Assembly: GCA_039934275.1 (NCBI GenBank)
Contig: JBDTMM010000001.1
Coordinates: 1 to 24,841 of the forward strand
Reading direction: 5' to 3'
DNA from: Flavitalea sp.
GTDB taxonomy: Bacteria; Bacteroidota; Bacteroidia; Chitinophagales; Chitinophagaceae
Length of the DNA: 24,841 bases
The notes beneath the pieces were generated by a model. It searched no databases. It was not told the DNA's origin and worked only from the letters and a program-made list of their open reading frames with translations. Every line of letters begins with the position of its first letter. The first letter of the stretch is position 1. This document shows, piece by piece, positions 23,912-24,841 of this stretch. Made by a program: the position numbers and the translations under genes.

Positions 23912-24841
23912 AATCTGCTGGGTTAACCTTCATTAAATATTTAGGCTCCACTTCTGCGGAACGCGTTTTTCGGTTGATGAATTTTCCGGTGAGCCGCGTA
24001 ACAGGAAAATCTTCAAATGTTTTGATGATGCTATATTTCATTCCCAAAGAATCTAATTTGTTCCGACCCTCTGGAGAAGTGAATACGTATTTGTCGCTGA
24101 CATCCGCTTTTTCTACCGTGTCATTATCCACTACTGTAGTAACATGATGCAAAATGATGTCGGCCACTGATTGTATCGGTCCAACAAAAACAATTTTATC
24201 TGCTGGTATATTATTAGTCTTCATATAGTAGGCCACTTCGCTTTCGGCCTGGTAGTGCATCAGAGCGGGATAAAAATCGCGGTTCACATAGTAATTCACC
24301 GACAAACACACCATCGCGGTAGCAAATAATATTTTCTTCAGATAAATTCCGCGTTTTGAAAATAAATAAAACCCAGCTGTAAATCCGGCCAATATGATAA
24401 TGATGGTGTCGATATAAGGAAGTGTATTTAAGAAGAAATAGTTTAGCGCCAATAACCCTACCGCTAAGAAACAACAAACCACCATATGAATAACTGAAAA
24501 TATTTTGAGTGTTTTTATTCTTGCATCCAAAAGTGTTGCGGTGGTGATGATCGCTAATAAAGGAAACAAAGGGTTTAGATAAAATGACAACTGAAATTTT
24601 GAAAATGAAAATATCAGGAACAAGGTGATGAAACCAAAATAAGAATAGGTTTCCCCTGTTGATTTTCTTTTAATTATTTCTTTTGTTTTTTTAAACAATG
24701 CAAAGAACCCTGCGAATGACCATGGCAGAAATGCCCATAAAGTAGTATGAACAAAATAAAAAAGATCGCCTTTACCTTTTATTGGCCCGGTGTTGGTAAA
24801 CCGTCCCCACTGGCTGGTCCATAAAAAGAATTTCACTCCCG
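23877..24841 (-). CDS. GT39/ArnT-like membrane glycosyltransferase, C-terminal part (5' end beyond the window)
   Basis: FFLWTSQWGRF, FVHTTLWAFLPW and FSFSKFQLSFYLNPLFP motifs; frame is open to the right edge of the window. Confidence 0.8.
   Translation of the reverse strand, partial: GVKFFLWTSQWGRFTNTGPIKGKGDLFYFVHTTLWAFLPWSFAGFFALFKKTKEIIKRKSTGETYSYFGFITLFLIFSFSKFQLSFYLNPLFPLLAIITTATLLDARIKTLKIFSVIHMVVCCFLAVGLLALNYFFLNTLPYIDTIIIILAGFTAGFYLFSKRGIYLKKILFATAMVCLSVNYYVNRDFYPALMHYQAESEVAYYMKTNNIPADKIVFVGPIQSVADIILHHVTTVVDNDTVEKADVSDKYVFTSPEGRNKLDSLGMKYSIIKTFEDFPVTRLTGKFINRKTRSAEVEPKYLMKVNPADFRIPVVDVTTR

Noticed and set aside
936-24477. The many 60-150 aa ORFs antisense to or nested in larger genes (e.g. 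936-1232, 14106-14441, 21095-21541, 22648-22893)
   Set aside because: They overlap well-supported genes and show no recognisable motifs or plausible independent starts.

Overview
Bacteroidota DNA, probably Chitinophagaceae-like (SusC/SusD pair, TAnnTTTG -7 promoter boxes, A-rich translation starts without obvious Shine-Dalgarno). From left to right: (1) 173-9077, a co-directional cluster: decapitated PQQ dehydrogenase, SMP-30 lactonase, Tat-signal RidA, Tat-signal SelA/DgaE-like PLP enzyme, cytochrome c/PQQ sugar-dehydrogenase fusion lipoprotein, amidohydrolase, BASS symporter, DUF4440 protein, RraA/HMG-aldolase-like protein. Nearly all of the soluble enzymes carry export signals. I infer a periplasmic, oxidative, kinase-free (N-acetyl)amino-sugar-acid pathway; this is the best candidate for an undescribed system. 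(2) 9257-20624, a patchwork of intact genes (lipoprotein, small conserved protein, zinc-less Fpg/Nei, desaturase, Arg-Pro-repeat protein, orphan susCD, beta-hydroxyacid dehydrogenase) interleaved with gene remnants that the ORF track misses or mis-frames (GH29 fucosidase, lipoprotein, sorbosone dehydrogenase). (3) An arsR-arsM unit with two palindromic operator-like boxes, a 58-codon integrase stump and tRNA-Asn(GTT), suggesting a decayed tRNA-anchored island. (4) A GT9 gene and a partial GT39/ArnT-like gene, convergent. All family assignments come from motif recognition by eye; no database searches were run.
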